DNA of 64,000 nt from assembly GCA_965216325.1 (NCBI GenBank), contig OZ244160.1:2432001-2496000 (forward strand). Direction: 5' to 3'. Positions 26,046 through 38,074 of the stretch are shown one piece after another; position 1 is the first letter of the stretch; each line of letters begins with the position of its first letter. The translations under genes and the position numbers were made by a program. The notes beneath the pieces were generated by a model. That model was not told the origin of the DNA. It searched no databases and saw only the letters and a list, made by a program, of their open reading frames with translations. The stretch is from Coraliomargarita sp. (GTDB lineage Bacteria; Verrucomicrobiota; Verrucomicrobiia; Opitutales; Coraliomargaritaceae).

Positions 26046-27188
26046 CTAGCGACGGCGCTTGCCGAGGAATTTAACAAAGTGGAAGAGGAACTGGTAAGTC
26101 ATGCCGAAGCCCATCAATGCGACACTAATGTAAGGCAGGATCCAACCCGGGTTACGCACGACTTGCAGGATCGTGGTGAGTTCGTCTTGCGAGAACGAAG
26201 CTTGGTAGAAGGTGAGTCCCGCGTAGCGCAGCGGGTGATTCATATAGATGAGTGCCTTCTGTGAAGTCTCTGAATCGTGCGGGTGCACAATGACTTCACT
26301 GGAGAAGTTAAAGGGGATCTCAGTGCCCGGATACTTGTCGTGCTTGAAGTCGATTAGCTCGATATCGAATGGCTTGTAGTGCCGCTTAAAGCGAAGCGCG
26401 AATTCCCAGGACTGTTCACCGACGCTGACGATCTGTGGCGGGAAGCGATCGTCGATAATGTTGGAGACCAGCCAGACCCCGAGGCTGCCGTCGGGGCCGA
26501 GCACTTCGACATAGGCGGTCGCTGCATTGACGCTCTTGTCCGAGTAGTCGACCGGTGCAGGTGTTACCGAGGCATTCATGCGCAGCGCAAAGCCTTGGGT
26601 TGCGGGATTCTTAAAGGCTTCCGTTTCTTGGCCGAGAAGTGCGTTCGGGTAGTAAGTCACTGTGCGGATGCTCAGTGGGGTGTCGGGCACCTTCAGTTCT
26701 TTGCCTGGCTTGAGGAGTTCGACCGGAATACTGTGCACCGTGTCGTGTTCCGCGTGGCTGCGATCGATGAAGACCAGCTCGTTGTCGCGGTAGCTTTGAG
26801 AGTAGTTGATGCGCGTGCCCTCATCGATGTTCATGTTGCTCTCGACTGAGAGGATGTCGGTCATCAGCTCGCTCACCAGCAAGGTGATGAAACCAATGTG
26901 CACGAAATAGATACCCGCTTTGGCCACGCTGGGCTTAAAGCGGACGATAAAGGCGGAGCAGAGGTTGATCATCAACAGCCCGCCCAGTGTGTAGCCACCG
27001 GGGAAGTAGGGGATCTTGAGACCACCCACTTCAGCATAAATGAAGAAGCTCTCGAAATAGAGCTTTTGCGTGAGCCAAATGCCGGTTTTGACCTGCGCGA
27101 GCGTGCCGATGAAAATCAGCACCATCGAAAATGCCAATAGCCACACAGTGATGTGTAGCGAAGAAAGGCGCTTGAGCAGTGGTTTCAT
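26046..27188 (-). CDS. ResB/CcsB-like cytochrome c biogenesis protein
   Basis: N-terminal TMs, VHIG, MNHPLRYAGLTFYQASF, VVRNPG; adjacent to ccsA. Confidence 0.85.
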   Translation of the reverse strand: MKPLLKRLSSLHITVWLLAFSMVLIFIGTLAQVKTGIWLTQKLYFESFFIYAEVGGLKIPYFPGGYTLGGLLMINLCSAFIVRFKPSVAKAGIYFVHIGFITLLVSELMTDILSVESNMNIDEGTRINYSQSYRDNELVFIDRSHAEHDTVHSIPVELLKPGKELKVPDTPLSIRTVTYYPNALLGQETEAFKNPATQGFALRMNASVTPAPVDYSDKSVNAATAYVEVLGPDGSLGVWLVSNIIDDRFPPQIVSVGEQSWEFALRFKRHYKPFDIELIDFKHDKYPGTEIPFNFSSEVIVHPHDSETSQKALIYMNHPLRYAGLTFYQASFSQDELTTILQVVRNPGWILPYISVALMGFGMTYQFLFHFVKFLGKRRR

Positions 27189-27197
27189 GAATAAGGG

Positions 27198-27848
27198 CTA
27201 GTGGTGGCTGTCTTCAATCGCCACTGAATCGAGGAAGACCTTAAAGGCGGCTTCCTGTTCCGTAATCGTTGCGGCTGGGCCAGTCATTTTGAAGAACCAG
27301 GTGTCGCCGTGAAAGGGGAGAATGCCGCCGAGGATGCTGCGCTCTGGACCCGGCAAGCTGACGTAGAGGCCGCCGTGGCCGGAAATGTTGGCCGGCGCGG
27401 TGACCTCTGGGAGTTGCGCTTCGGTGATGGCGTCCATGCCGATTTGCCCAGCCCAGCGATTGATGTTGGCCAATAGCCCGCCGACATCGCCCGGAAAGGT
27501 GAGCGCAGTGATCTCGGTGGTGCCATGCTCGTCTTCGACACGGAGGTTGGCCTTACGCATGCCGGTGGCTCCCGCGTCGGTCCAGCCTTCGGGGATGCTG
27601 TAAGTCAGGCCAGGAGCCGCTGCAGCCGCCTCTGCCATGCCCGGTAGCATTTGCATGTTACCCGCAGCTGACCCGGAGCCCGCAATCGGGGGATGGTCCG
27701 CTGGCATCTGCGTTGCCTTGGTGACCTGCTCTTCCTTGGGAATCGTATAGGTCACGGGCTCAGCTTTCTCACAGGCTGCAAAGAGGACTGCGCTCGCGCC
27801 GAGAGCGGCACGGAGGCAGTTGGAATACAAGACGGTGTGTCGTTTCAT
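27198..27848 (-). CDS. Hypothetical lipoprotein co-transcribed with ccs genes
   Basis: Lipobox-like LFAAC, MPADHPPI, GGLLANINRWAGQIG, TWFFKMTGP. Confidence 0.75.
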   Translation of the reverse strand: MKRHTVLYSNCLRAALGASAVLFAACEKAEPVTYTIPKEEQVTKATQMPADHPPIAGSGSAAGNMQMLPGMAEAAAAAPGLTYSIPEGWTDAGATGMRKANLRVEDEHGTTEITALTFPGDVGGLLANINRWAGQIGMDAITEAQLPEVTAPANISGHGGLYVSLPGPERSILGGILPFHGDTWFFKMTGPAATITEQEAAFKVFLDSVAIEDSHH

Positions 27849-27914
27849 GGTAGGACGAAAAATTGGCTGTTTAGCACGTATCAGGCCGATTGCCCAAAAC
27901 ATACATTCAGCGCA

Positions 27915-29024
<1,110 letters not shown>

Positions 29025-29154
29025 AAGAAAATGGAGTTGCGGGGCGCGGGTGCAATGTTAAACCGAGGCCTTGCAACGCTAAACGAGATACCCTAGGTTG
29101 ACTTTCTATGGGCAGCCATTTTAACACTGGCTGAACCTAACGAACCGCTAGCAC

Positions 29155-30303
29155 GTGAATACGACTGAAGAAGTAAATATCGAGGGCTCCAGAATCCTTG
29201 TCGTCGACGACGATGAAATCATTCGCAAGCTCTTGCGTCGTGTCCTCGAGCGCAGCGGGTTTGTGGTCGATGAGGCCGCATCGGGCGAACAGGCGATTGA
29301 CTGTATCGAAGCCAATGCGCCGGATCTGATCCTGCTTGATGTCGTGATGGACGGTATCGACGGCTTTATCACCTGCCGCAAAGTCAAATCGATGGACGGC
29401 ATGGATGCGGTGCCGATTATATTCGTAACTGGGCGCTCGGATACCAGTTCGATCGTAGAGGGCTTGGATGCCGGTGGCAGTGACTATATCACCAAGCCGA
29501 TCAATCGCCACGAGTCACTGGCGCGGATCCGCAATCACCTGAAGATGCGCAAGCTGATGGCCCTGCAGCGCAATTTCATCACAGGCCTACGCAAGGCAAA
29601 CCTCGCGAAGAACCGGATTATCGGTGTCGCCTCGCACGATTTGCGCAATCCGCTCTCGTCGATCCGTGGATTGTCCGAGTTCTTAGAACACGCCGGGCCG
29701 CTGAATGCGGAGCAGCAGGAGATCGCTAAGACAATACAGTTGGCATCCGATTCGATGTTGCACCTGGTCGATGAGCTACTGGATCTCTCCGTGATCGAGA
29801 GTTGCGAGGAACGCTCGGAGCTACAGCCCTGCCAGATCTTCGATATCGTCAGCTCCTCACTGAATATTTATCAATACGCGGCCAACAAAAAGGACATCAG
29901 GCTAGAGCTCGATGACCGCGGCATGCCGGACTTGCTCTTGCTGGATAAGATGCAGTTTCGTCGCTTGATGGACAATCTACTCAGCAATGCGGTGAAGTAT
30001 TCGCCGCTTGGTTCTTTTGTAAAAGTGGTTTGTGTAACTGAGGGAGCCCGCTTGAGCATTGTTGTTGAAGATGAGGGCCCCGGCATTCCTGAAGAGGAGA
30101 TGCACAAGCTCTTTACTGACTTTGGTAAGACCTCCGTGCAGCCGACTGGCGACGAGACCAGCACGGGGCTCGGTTTGTCGATTTGTAAGAAGATCGCCGA
30201 TGCGCACTTTGGTGAGATTTCGGTCGAGAATCGAAGCGACCGCTCCGGTGCGCGCTTTACGCTGGCACTCGATGTCGAGCGACTCGCGGTTTACACGAAG
30301 TAA
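29155..30303 (+). CDS. Hybrid response regulator / sensor histidine kinase
   Basis: REC (ILVVDDD, LLDVVM, ITKP), H-box ASHDLRNPL, N-box NLLSNAVKY, G-boxes DEGPGI and STGLGL. Confidence 0.95.
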   Translation: MNTTEEVNIEGSRILVVDDDEIIRKLLRRVLERSGFVVDEAASGEQAIDCIEANAPDLILLDVVMDGIDGFITCRKVKSMDGMDAVPIIFVTGRSDTSSIVEGLDAGGSDYITKPINRHESLARIRNHLKMRKLMALQRNFITGLRKANLAKNRIIGVASHDLRNPLSSIRGLSEFLEHAGPLNAEQQEIAKTIQLASDSMLHLVDELLDLSVIESCEERSELQPCQIFDIVSSSLNIYQYAANKKDIRLELDDRGMPDLLLLDKMQFRRLMDNLLSNAVKYSPLGSFVKVVCVTEGARLSIVVEDEGPGIPEEEMHKLFTDFGKTSVQPTGDETSTGLGLSICKKIADAHFGEISVENRSDRSGARFTLALDVERLAVYTK

Positions 30304-30465
30304 GCAAAGTAGAAGCGGCCGCTTGCCCTGAGTTTATCGAAGGGCACGATGCCGTGATCAGTATTGGCTATCGGGAGCGGCGTTCTGCAAGCAGAAGCCC
30401 TACGGCTTAATCCGCGTCCTTAAATGAGTGACATCCTCATAAGATGCCGCTTCTACTTTCTGAAA

Positions 30466-31920
30466 ATGAGTCAGCCTACCCAGAACAAAACTGCCCACGC
30501 GAACGCGCTGCGCGCACTCAAACGCAAACTCCCCGGTCGTGTTTCCACACAACAGGACGACTTGTTTCGAGTTTCTCTGGATAATCTACGCCTGTCCTTT
30601 CTTCCCGAAGCCGTGGTCACTGCACACGAGCCGGCTGATGTCGGTGCGATGCTCAAGATCGCAAATAAGTATGGGGTGCCGGTCACCGCCCGTGGCGCAG
30701 GTTCCTCGGCGACGGGTTCGGCAGTGCCATTGTTTGGCGGCTGGGTGATTGATCTGTCCAAACTTACGTCGATTCAGATCGATCCCGTTGCACGTATGGC
30801 AACGGTGGGTGCAGGAGTGGTCACTGCGAACTTACAGGCCAAGGTCGAAGCGAAGGGGCTGTTCTTTCCACCCGATCCCTCGTCGAAGAAATACTCTACA
30901 ATCGGTGGCAACATTGCTTGTAACGCGGGTGGTATGCGCTGTGTGAAATACGGCGTAACGCGTGACTATGTGCTGGGCCTCGAAGGCTTCCTCGCGGATG
31001 GCAGCCCGGTCAAGTGGGGCCTGCCGCTGAAGAAATATGTGTCCGGCTTGAATTTGAAAGACCTGTGGATCGGCTCGGAAGGCACACTGGGGATCGTCAC
31101 TTCGGCGAATCTGCGCCTCATCGCCAAACCGGAAAAGCGCTGGACGGGCATGTTCGCGTTTAAGAATGAGAACGCTGCGCTGAAGGCCGTGGTCGGCTTG
31201 CTGAAGTCTGGCCTCGAACCCTCCATTTTAGAATTTCTCGACCGCCAGTCAGTTACCTGTGCGGAATCCTACACTGGCAAAGAGATCTTCCCCGGCTACT
31301 CGAGCTCCGCGATTCTTTTGATCGAAGTCGATGGCACACCGGCGGAAGTGCGCACTCAACGCAAGGAGCTCCTGAGCTTTATGGACGAGCGTGCAATCGC
31401 GCACCGCGAAGCGCGCACCGATGAGCAGGCCGAGAAACTCTGGCAGGTGCGTCGCACTTGTTCGCAGTCGATGTTCTCGATTGCCGATACCAAGCTGAAC
31501 GAAGACGTCGTGGTGCCGATCCAGAAGCAGGCCGAGCTTATGCGCTACACCTTGCAGTTGAAGAAGGAAGTCGGGCTGGCGACGCCGACCTTCGGCCACG
31601 CGGGTGATGGCAACTTACACGTGCATATCATGTATAACCGTGCGAATAAGGCAGAAGCCAAACGCGCCAAGGCGGGCATTACCAAGCTGATGCAAAAAGT
31701 GGTCGATCTCGGTGGTGTTATCACCGGTGAGCACGGCATTGGGCTTGCCAAGATTCCGTTCATGCAGATGCAGCACAATAAGGCGGAGATCGCGGCCATG
31801 AGGGCCGTCAAAGCCGCGCTGGACCCGAAGGGCATTTTGAATCCCGGCAAAATCTTTGACGACTTCGAAGTCTGGGACCACGAGCCCGTCAAAGTTGAAC
31901 TCCCTTGGGACCACCGCTAA
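30466..31920 (+). CDS. FAD-binding oxidoreductase, GlcD / D-lactate dehydrogenase family
   Basis: RGAGSS, FPPDPSS, TIGGNIACNAGG, GSEGTLGIVT, GHAGDGNLH, GEHGIG, LNPGK. Confidence 0.92.
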   Translation: MSQPTQNKTAHANALRALKRKLPGRVSTQQDDLFRVSLDNLRLSFLPEAVVTAHEPADVGAMLKIANKYGVPVTARGAGSSATGSAVPLFGGWVIDLSKLTSIQIDPVARMATVGAGVVTANLQAKVEAKGLFFPPDPSSKKYSTIGGNIACNAGGMRCVKYGVTRDYVLGLEGFLADGSPVKWGLPLKKYVSGLNLKDLWIGSEGTLGIVTSANLRLIAKPEKRWTGMFAFKNENAALKAVVGLLKSGLEPSILEFLDRQSVTCAESYTGKEIFPGYSSSAILLIEVDGTPAEVRTQRKELLSFMDERAIAHREARTDEQAEKLWQVRRTCSQSMFSIADTKLNEDVVVPIQKQAELMRYTLQLKKEVGLATPTFGHAGDGNLHVHIMYNRANKAEAKRAKAGITKLMQKVVDLGGVITGEHGIGLAKIPFMQMQHNKAEIAAMRAVKAALDPKGILNPGKIFDDFEVWDHEPVKVELPWDHR

Positions 31921-31937
31921 GCCGTAGGCTGAGCCCT

Positions 31938-32026
31938 CTTAATCGTAATCCTGCTCCTAATCTTAATCTCACCTGCGAGTCCTTGAATGAATAAGGATTA
32001 AGAGTAAGATTAAGAGTATGATTAAG
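31938..32026. repeat. Second hexamer-array inverted repeat, overlapping the cutA start
   Basis: cttaat cgtaat cctgct cctaat cttaat ... attaag agtaag attaag agtatg attaag. Confidence 0.8.
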
Positions 32027-32341
32027 AAGGATACTGATCCACTACTGATTGGATTCACGACCGTCGCGAGCGAGGAGGCTGCGCAGGAGCTCGCGCGTGC
32101 GCTGGTTGAATCGGAACTCGCCGTCTGCGTGCAGATGGATTCCGGAGTGCAGTCGGTCTACCGCTGGGAGGGCAAGCTCTGCTCGGATTCCGAGTGGCGT
32201 CTGTGGGTGAAATTCCTCGAATCCAAGTCGGCGGCGCTCGAAGCCTTCATCGACGCAAAGCATCCATATGATACGCCCGAGTGGCTGGTGGTGCGACCTG
32301 GGCAGGTGGCACCCAAGTATCTCGCGTGGGCGCAAGGGTAG
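32018..32341 (+). CDS. cutA: Divalent-cation tolerance protein CutA
   Basis: LAVCVQ, SVYRWEG, HPYDTPE, YLAW. Confidence 0.93.
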   Translation: MIKKDTDPLLIGFTTVASEEAAQELARALVESELAVCVQMDSGVQSVYRWEGKLCSDSEWRLWVKFLESKSAALEAFIDAKHPYDTPEWLVVRPGQVAPKYLAWAQG

Positions 32342-32425
32342 CACAGGCGTCTCGCCTGTGTTATTCAGATTTAATCTACATAGGCATCTTGCCTGTTCCA
32401 TGCGCAGGTGAGACGCCTACGTTAC
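32338..32425. repeat. REP-like cluster after cutA
   Basis: GTAGCACAGGCGTCTCGCCTGTG, ATAGGCATCTTGCCTGT, GCAGGTGAGACGCCTAC. Confidence 0.75.
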
Positions 32426-32477
32426 AATCAACACATTTTTGGCTTTATCTAAAAGCCGCGCTGTTCCTATTTAGGGC

Positions 32478-33639
<1,162 letters not shown>

Positions 33640-33858
33640 TGTGCGGTCGGGACTGTCTTTTAGGTACCACGGGTCAAGTCGTAGGGCCTCTGCTTGCAGA
33701 GTGCCTTCAGCGTGTTCGGCGTCGTGCCCTTCTGTAAACTCAGGGCCTTGAGCTTGTCGACTCCGCGAGAGAACCCTACCTTGAAAACTCAAAACATACA
33801 TAATGCGCATAAGTGATTGCCAAACGGGCGGGCGTGCCAAGGCTCGCCCCTAAGACTT

Positions 33859-35316
33859 ATGAGCGAAGCGACCGATAGTATCAGCGGATTGAGTTATGAA
33901 GATGCCCGACAGGCATTTTCCGATCAGAGCTTGTTTGAGAACAAAACGTGGCGCTATTCGCCACAGGCCTTCCCGCTCACGCCGAAGCAAGTCGCCGAGA
34001 TCGAGAAGATCGGTCAAGCCTGCTACGATTTCTATAAGGCGCAGGAGATTCTTTACATCCGTTCAGTTGAAGGAAAGAACCTGCTGCGTAACCGCGAGCT
34101 CAAGGCACCGTGGGTGGCTGAGTATTTGGACCGCGGCAAGCCCGAGCATCTGATCGAGCACGCGCGCTCGAAAGCGATCCGAGGCACCACGCCCATGGTC
34201 ATCCGTCCCGACTTGTTGATGACGGAAAATGGCTTTGCCCTGACCGAGATCGACTCGGTGCCGGGCGGCATCGGTCTGACGGCATTCTTGAACCAGCTTT
34301 ACACTGAGCAGCATGGCGATGCACTCATCGGAGCGGGGGAGCAGAACATGGTCGATGCGTTTTACGATGCCCTGTGTAGCCGGGCGCCGGCGATGACTGC
34401 CCCCTACATCGCGATCTTGGTCAGCGATGAGGCGGCAACCTATTTGCCTGAGATGGAGTGGATTGCTTCGCAGTTACGCCAGAAGGGCCGCCGCGTGCAT
34501 GTCTTTCATCCGGACGAGGTCATGCCGCTGGGGGAGACCATCTGCGTCGGCATCGATGGCGACCCGCAACAGGTCGATGTGATTTACCGCTTCTGGGAGC
34601 TGTTCGATTTGGCCAACGTGTCGATCGCACAGTATCTGCTCAAGGCACGCCGTGAAGCACAGCTTAGTCTGACGCCACCGATGCGTCACTTCCAGGAGGA
34701 GAAGCTCAACCTTGCACTGTTCCATCATCACATGCTGGAAGACTTCTGGAAAGAGACGCTTCCACGTGAATCCTACAAGGTGCTTAGCCGTGTGATCCCG
34801 CAGGCCTGGGTGATGGATCCGGTCGAGCTACCACCCAATGCGGTGCTCGACGCTCCCTACATTGGTGGCAAACCGATCACCCGCTGGGAACAGTTGATCG
34901 ATGCCAGCAAGAAAGAGCGCGATCTGATCATGAAGATCAGTGGCTATCATGAAACTGCATGGGGCGCACGCAGTGTGGTGCTCGGCAGTGACTGTTCCAA
35001 AACAGAGTGGGAGGGCGCGATCGATCAAGCGGTGGCGATGGCGGACGACTCGCTGCACATTTTGCAAACTTACGAGAAGCCGGAGCGCTTGCAGCACCCC
35101 GTCTATCGTGAAGACGGGACTGTCTATCAGATGACCGGCCGTATGCGCCTGTGCCCGTATTACTTCGTCAATGAAAAGGCACAGCAGGCTACGCTACACG
35201 GTGTGCTCGCAACCCTTTGCCCCGCGGATAAGAAGATCATCCACGGTATGAAAGACGCGGCACTGCTGCCCTGTGTCGTGGCAGAGCCAGAGGCCTCGTC
35301 GCCGCTCAATGGGTAG
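33859..35316 (+). CDS. Hypothetical protein, probable ATP-grasp / glutathionylspermidine-synthase-like ligase
   Basis: VIRPDLL..GFALTEIDSVPGG, DVIYRFWELFD, LIMKISG..AWGARSV, ILQ. Confidence 0.6.
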   Translation: MSEATDSISGLSYEDARQAFSDQSLFENKTWRYSPQAFPLTPKQVAEIEKIGQACYDFYKAQEILYIRSVEGKNLLRNRELKAPWVAEYLDRGKPEHLIEHARSKAIRGTTPMVIRPDLLMTENGFALTEIDSVPGGIGLTAFLNQLYTEQHGDALIGAGEQNMVDAFYDALCSRAPAMTAPYIAILVSDEAATYLPEMEWIASQLRQKGRRVHVFHPDEVMPLGETICVGIDGDPQQVDVIYRFWELFDLANVSIAQYLLKARREAQLSLTPPMRHFQEEKLNLALFHHHMLEDFWKETLPRESYKVLSRVIPQAWVMDPVELPPNAVLDAPYIGGKPITRWEQLIDASKKERDLIMKISGYHETAWGARSVVLGSDCSKTEWEGAIDQAVAMADDSLHILQTYEKPERLQHPVYREDGTVYQMTGRMRLCPYYFVNEKAQQATLHGVLATLCPADKKIIHGMKDAALLPCVVAEPEASSPLNG

Positions 35317-35460
35317 GGACGCTTGCCCTCAAGCGTCCGCTGGGCTAGCAGTGTGCGCGTCCCGGACGAATAAATTGAAACAAGCGTTCGGATCGGCAGC
35401 TCAACAGCTCGTCACTGTATACACGCTTGGAAAGCGGCAGCCTCGGCGAGGCTGCTCGAC
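35313..35460. repeat. GTAG-type REP doublet
   Basis: GTAGGGACGCTTGCCCTCAAGCGTCC ... GGCAGCCTCGGCGAGGCTGCTCGAC. Confidence 0.75.
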
Positions 35461-35562
35461 CTCAATTTGCGTATGCAAGCAATGCCGAGCCAAGGAGCTT
35501 TTTTTCTTGCCCGACTGAGTTTGACTGAGGTCCAGCATGTAGGGCTTCTGCTTGCAGAAGCC

Positions 35563-36047
35563 CTAATCGTAGTCCGACGAATAGGTTTCGCGGTAGGTGT
35601 GTGAGTAGAGCTCAAACAGATTGCCGAAGGGATCCTCAAGGTAGACCATCTTGTAGGGCTTGTTGTCGTCTTCCGGGTGATAGCGCATGATGTCCATGCG
35701 GGCCTTGCCGCCATAGTGTTCGACTTTCGCAATCAAGCCCTCGAAGTCGTCCGTCTGTAGGCAGAAGTGGAAGATGCCAATTCGCGAGAAGTCGACCACG
35801 TGCCGCTCCTCACGATCGACCATTTCAAACAACTCAAAGCCCACGCCATCTTCGGTCACGAGGTGGCAATATTAAAGCCTTTGAAGCCCTCGCCAAATAC
35901 CGCGATGCACATCCTGCCAATCGCGGTTTCGTTTTCTTCGGTGACCGGCGTCTTGCCCATCACCACTTCCAGGCCCAGTGCCTTGGTGTGGAATTCGACT
36001 GCGACGTCCATGTCGCTAACCATTATCCCGACGTGACTCATTTTCAT
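35563..36047 (-). pseudogene. VOC/glyoxalase family protein split by a 1-nt frameshift near 35865
   Basis: SD AAGGAGG + MKMSHVGIMVSD...GFNIA; continues in another frame VTEDGVGFELFE...HFC...YLEDPFGNLFELY. Confidence 0.85.
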
Positions 36048-36190
36048 GATGACCTCCTTTGTGTGCGTGAATGTGTGTATCAGAACGATACAGAGGAGGG
36101 CGCCCGCCGTGTATGTCAAATGGGCTAAGCAGTTTGGCAACGTGTAGTGTGGGACCTAATCTGCGCAGCACCCTAGTTGCTCACTTCGTC

Positions 36191-36520
36191 TCATTGGACG
36201 TTTTGTTTTTTGCAGAACGTTAGATATGCATAAAAAACAAGTATGCCGATAAACTCGAAAAGGAAGCCGAACCAAAACCAAATTCTCTGATTAATTTGCA
36301 GAGCTTCAGTTTCGTTCTTCAACCATAGCCCACAGACGAGTCTCAGGGGTAGGGTGCTTAAAATGTATATCCAGGATGATACTGAAATTAAAAAGCTACT
36401 ATTTACGTCTCTATTAACGATTAAGTTCTGAAGTAAAATTGGGTATACCATCGGGATTACGACAGCGAGTAATTTACATATGCATGCCCAAAGTAAGAAC
36501 TTTTCTATATTTTGCTTCAT
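36191..36520 (-). CDS. AT-rich hypothetical membrane protein (about 3 TM)
   Basis: 109-aa hydrophobic ORF, visibly lower GC than its neighbours. Confidence 0.65.
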   Translation of the reverse strand: MKQNIEKFLLWACICKLLAVVIPMVYPILLQNLIVNRDVNSSFLISVSSWIYILSTLPLRLVCGLWLKNETEALQINQRIWFWFGFLFEFIGILVFYAYLTFCKKQNVQ

Positions 36521-36607
36521 CTATCTTGCAGTCCACGGAGAAGAGGATGGTCAGTCCTCTTGATTTATAGCCATCTTATTGGCTAATAGGTTTATTTGCT
36601 CTGTGAG

Positions 36608-37942
36608 CTACTCCTTGTCCGGGGCGACTAGGTCAGTGGCTTGGAGCTTACGGTTCCAGAGCTCGCTGCCTTCCATGCTCATGGCGCGGATGGTGAGTCG
36701 GCGGTCTTCCTCGGGGCCGCTCACTTCGATCAGTGCGAAGTGGCGTTCGTCGACGGTGCTATTGGGCACGCGGAAGAAGTTGAGCTCGTCGCTGTTGTTT
36801 TGCGGGGTGGCTGTGGTGGGGCCGACGGTGAGGTCGTAAAGGTTGTAGCTGCTGGCGTGCACCAGCTTGGTGAGCTCGCCGTAGTATTTGCCGCCGCTGA
36901 TACAGAAGAGACCGTCGATTTTTTCGCTACGCAGCATCTCGAGCAGGCGGGTGTGCTCACGGTCGGCGGAGCTCAGGTTGATCGGATTGTCGGCGGGGTT
37001 GAGGATCGGTGCGCCGGCAACGATGATTTTGAAGGTGGCGGTGCTGCGAATCAGTTCTTGGCGTAGCCAGGCAATCTGTTCGTCGCCGAGGATGGTGGGC
37101 AGCGATTGACTGTCGGGGCGGTCGTCGCGGTAGCTGCGCACATCGAGCATGAAGAATTCGACATCGGAATAGCGGAAGCGGGTGGCGATGCCATCGAGTG
37201 CGGAGACTTTAGCTGGGCTGGGCCAGAAGGCTTTGAAGGCTGCTTCGGTGGGCTCGCGGAAGGTGTAGTGTGCCCCGGCGTCGCGGGTGCTGTAGTCGGC
37301 ATTGCCCCAGGTTCCGTAGTTTGGCACGGTGGCGAGGAGTTCTTTGAGCTCAGGGATCGCACGGGCGTGGGAGTAGCGCTTGAGCACACCGCTGCGGGAT
37401 GCCCAGTCACTGTCGCGCAGGTGCGTGGTGTTGCCAGCCCAGATCATGAGTTGTGGCTTGGTCTGGGCGATCGTTTGAAAGATGCCGTAGCCACCACCGA
37501 GTAGTTTGTAGGGCGGTTCGTAGCCGTCTTCGATTACGTAGTGTGCGCCTCCCACGGCGAATTTGAAATCGGGTGGTGGGGTGCGGTCGAAATAGTTGCT
37601 CGGCGTGGTGAAGCTGTATTGCTCGCCAACTGCTTGGCCGTTTTCCAGCACCTGATAGTCATAGGTGGTGCCGGGCTCGACCTGATCGAGCACCACCTGA
37701 GCGGTGTAAGCGGTGTCGGCCTCGGCGCGAACGCTTTTCGCGGTGTAGCGCTTGCCTTCGCCCTGCGGGCTGTAGGTGACGCTCAGCTCGGCGGCTTGAT
37801 CGGCTTGGGCCCAGACGATCGCTTCGCGCATGTCCACGTGGCCCAGCATCGGGCCTGCGACGAGATCTGCCTGTGCCAGTGGGGCTGTGGCAAGGAACGT
37901 TGCTATAAGTGTGGGGGCAAGGAGTAAGCGTTGCTTAGGCAT
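36608..37942 (-). CDS. Secreted PhoD-like metallophosphoesterase fold protein with degenerate active site
   Basis: Signal peptide, GPMLGHV, fibronectin-like VEPGTTYDY, FFMLDVRSYRD, ILGDEQIAWL, ATFKII. Confidence 0.8.
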   Translation of the reverse strand: MPKQRLLLAPTLIATFLATAPLAQADLVAGPMLGHVDMREAIVWAQADQAAELSVTYSPQGEGKRYTAKSVRAEADTAYTAQVVLDQVEPGTTYDYQVLENGQAVGEQYSFTTPSNYFDRTPPPDFKFAVGGAHYVIEDGYEPPYKLLGGGYGIFQTIAQTKPQLMIWAGNTTHLRDSDWASRSGVLKRYSHARAIPELKELLATVPNYGTWGNADYSTRDAGAHYTFREPTEAAFKAFWPSPAKVSALDGIATRFRYSDVEFFMLDVRSYRDDRPDSQSLPTILGDEQIAWLRQELIRSTATFKIIVAGAPILNPADNPINLSSADREHTRLLEMLRSEKIDGLFCISGGKYYGELTKLVHASSYNLYDLTVGPTTATPQNNSDELNFFRVPNSTVDERHFALIEVSGPEEDRRLTIRAMSMEGSELWNRKLQATDLVAPDKE

Positions 37943-38074
37943 ACAGATTGGAGTTCAGCAAATAATGGATTCCATACCAGTCCCGACGTTGCGCAGGTCA
38001 AGCGATAAGGAGACTACATGTATAAACATTAACTGCGTTTGACCTAGGGAACTTTAGTCTCAAACTCGCGTGCC

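Noticed and set aside
36120..36600. Integron cassette with attC around the AT-rich ORF
   Set aside because: No convincing RYYYAAC...GTTRRRY paired structure found by eye
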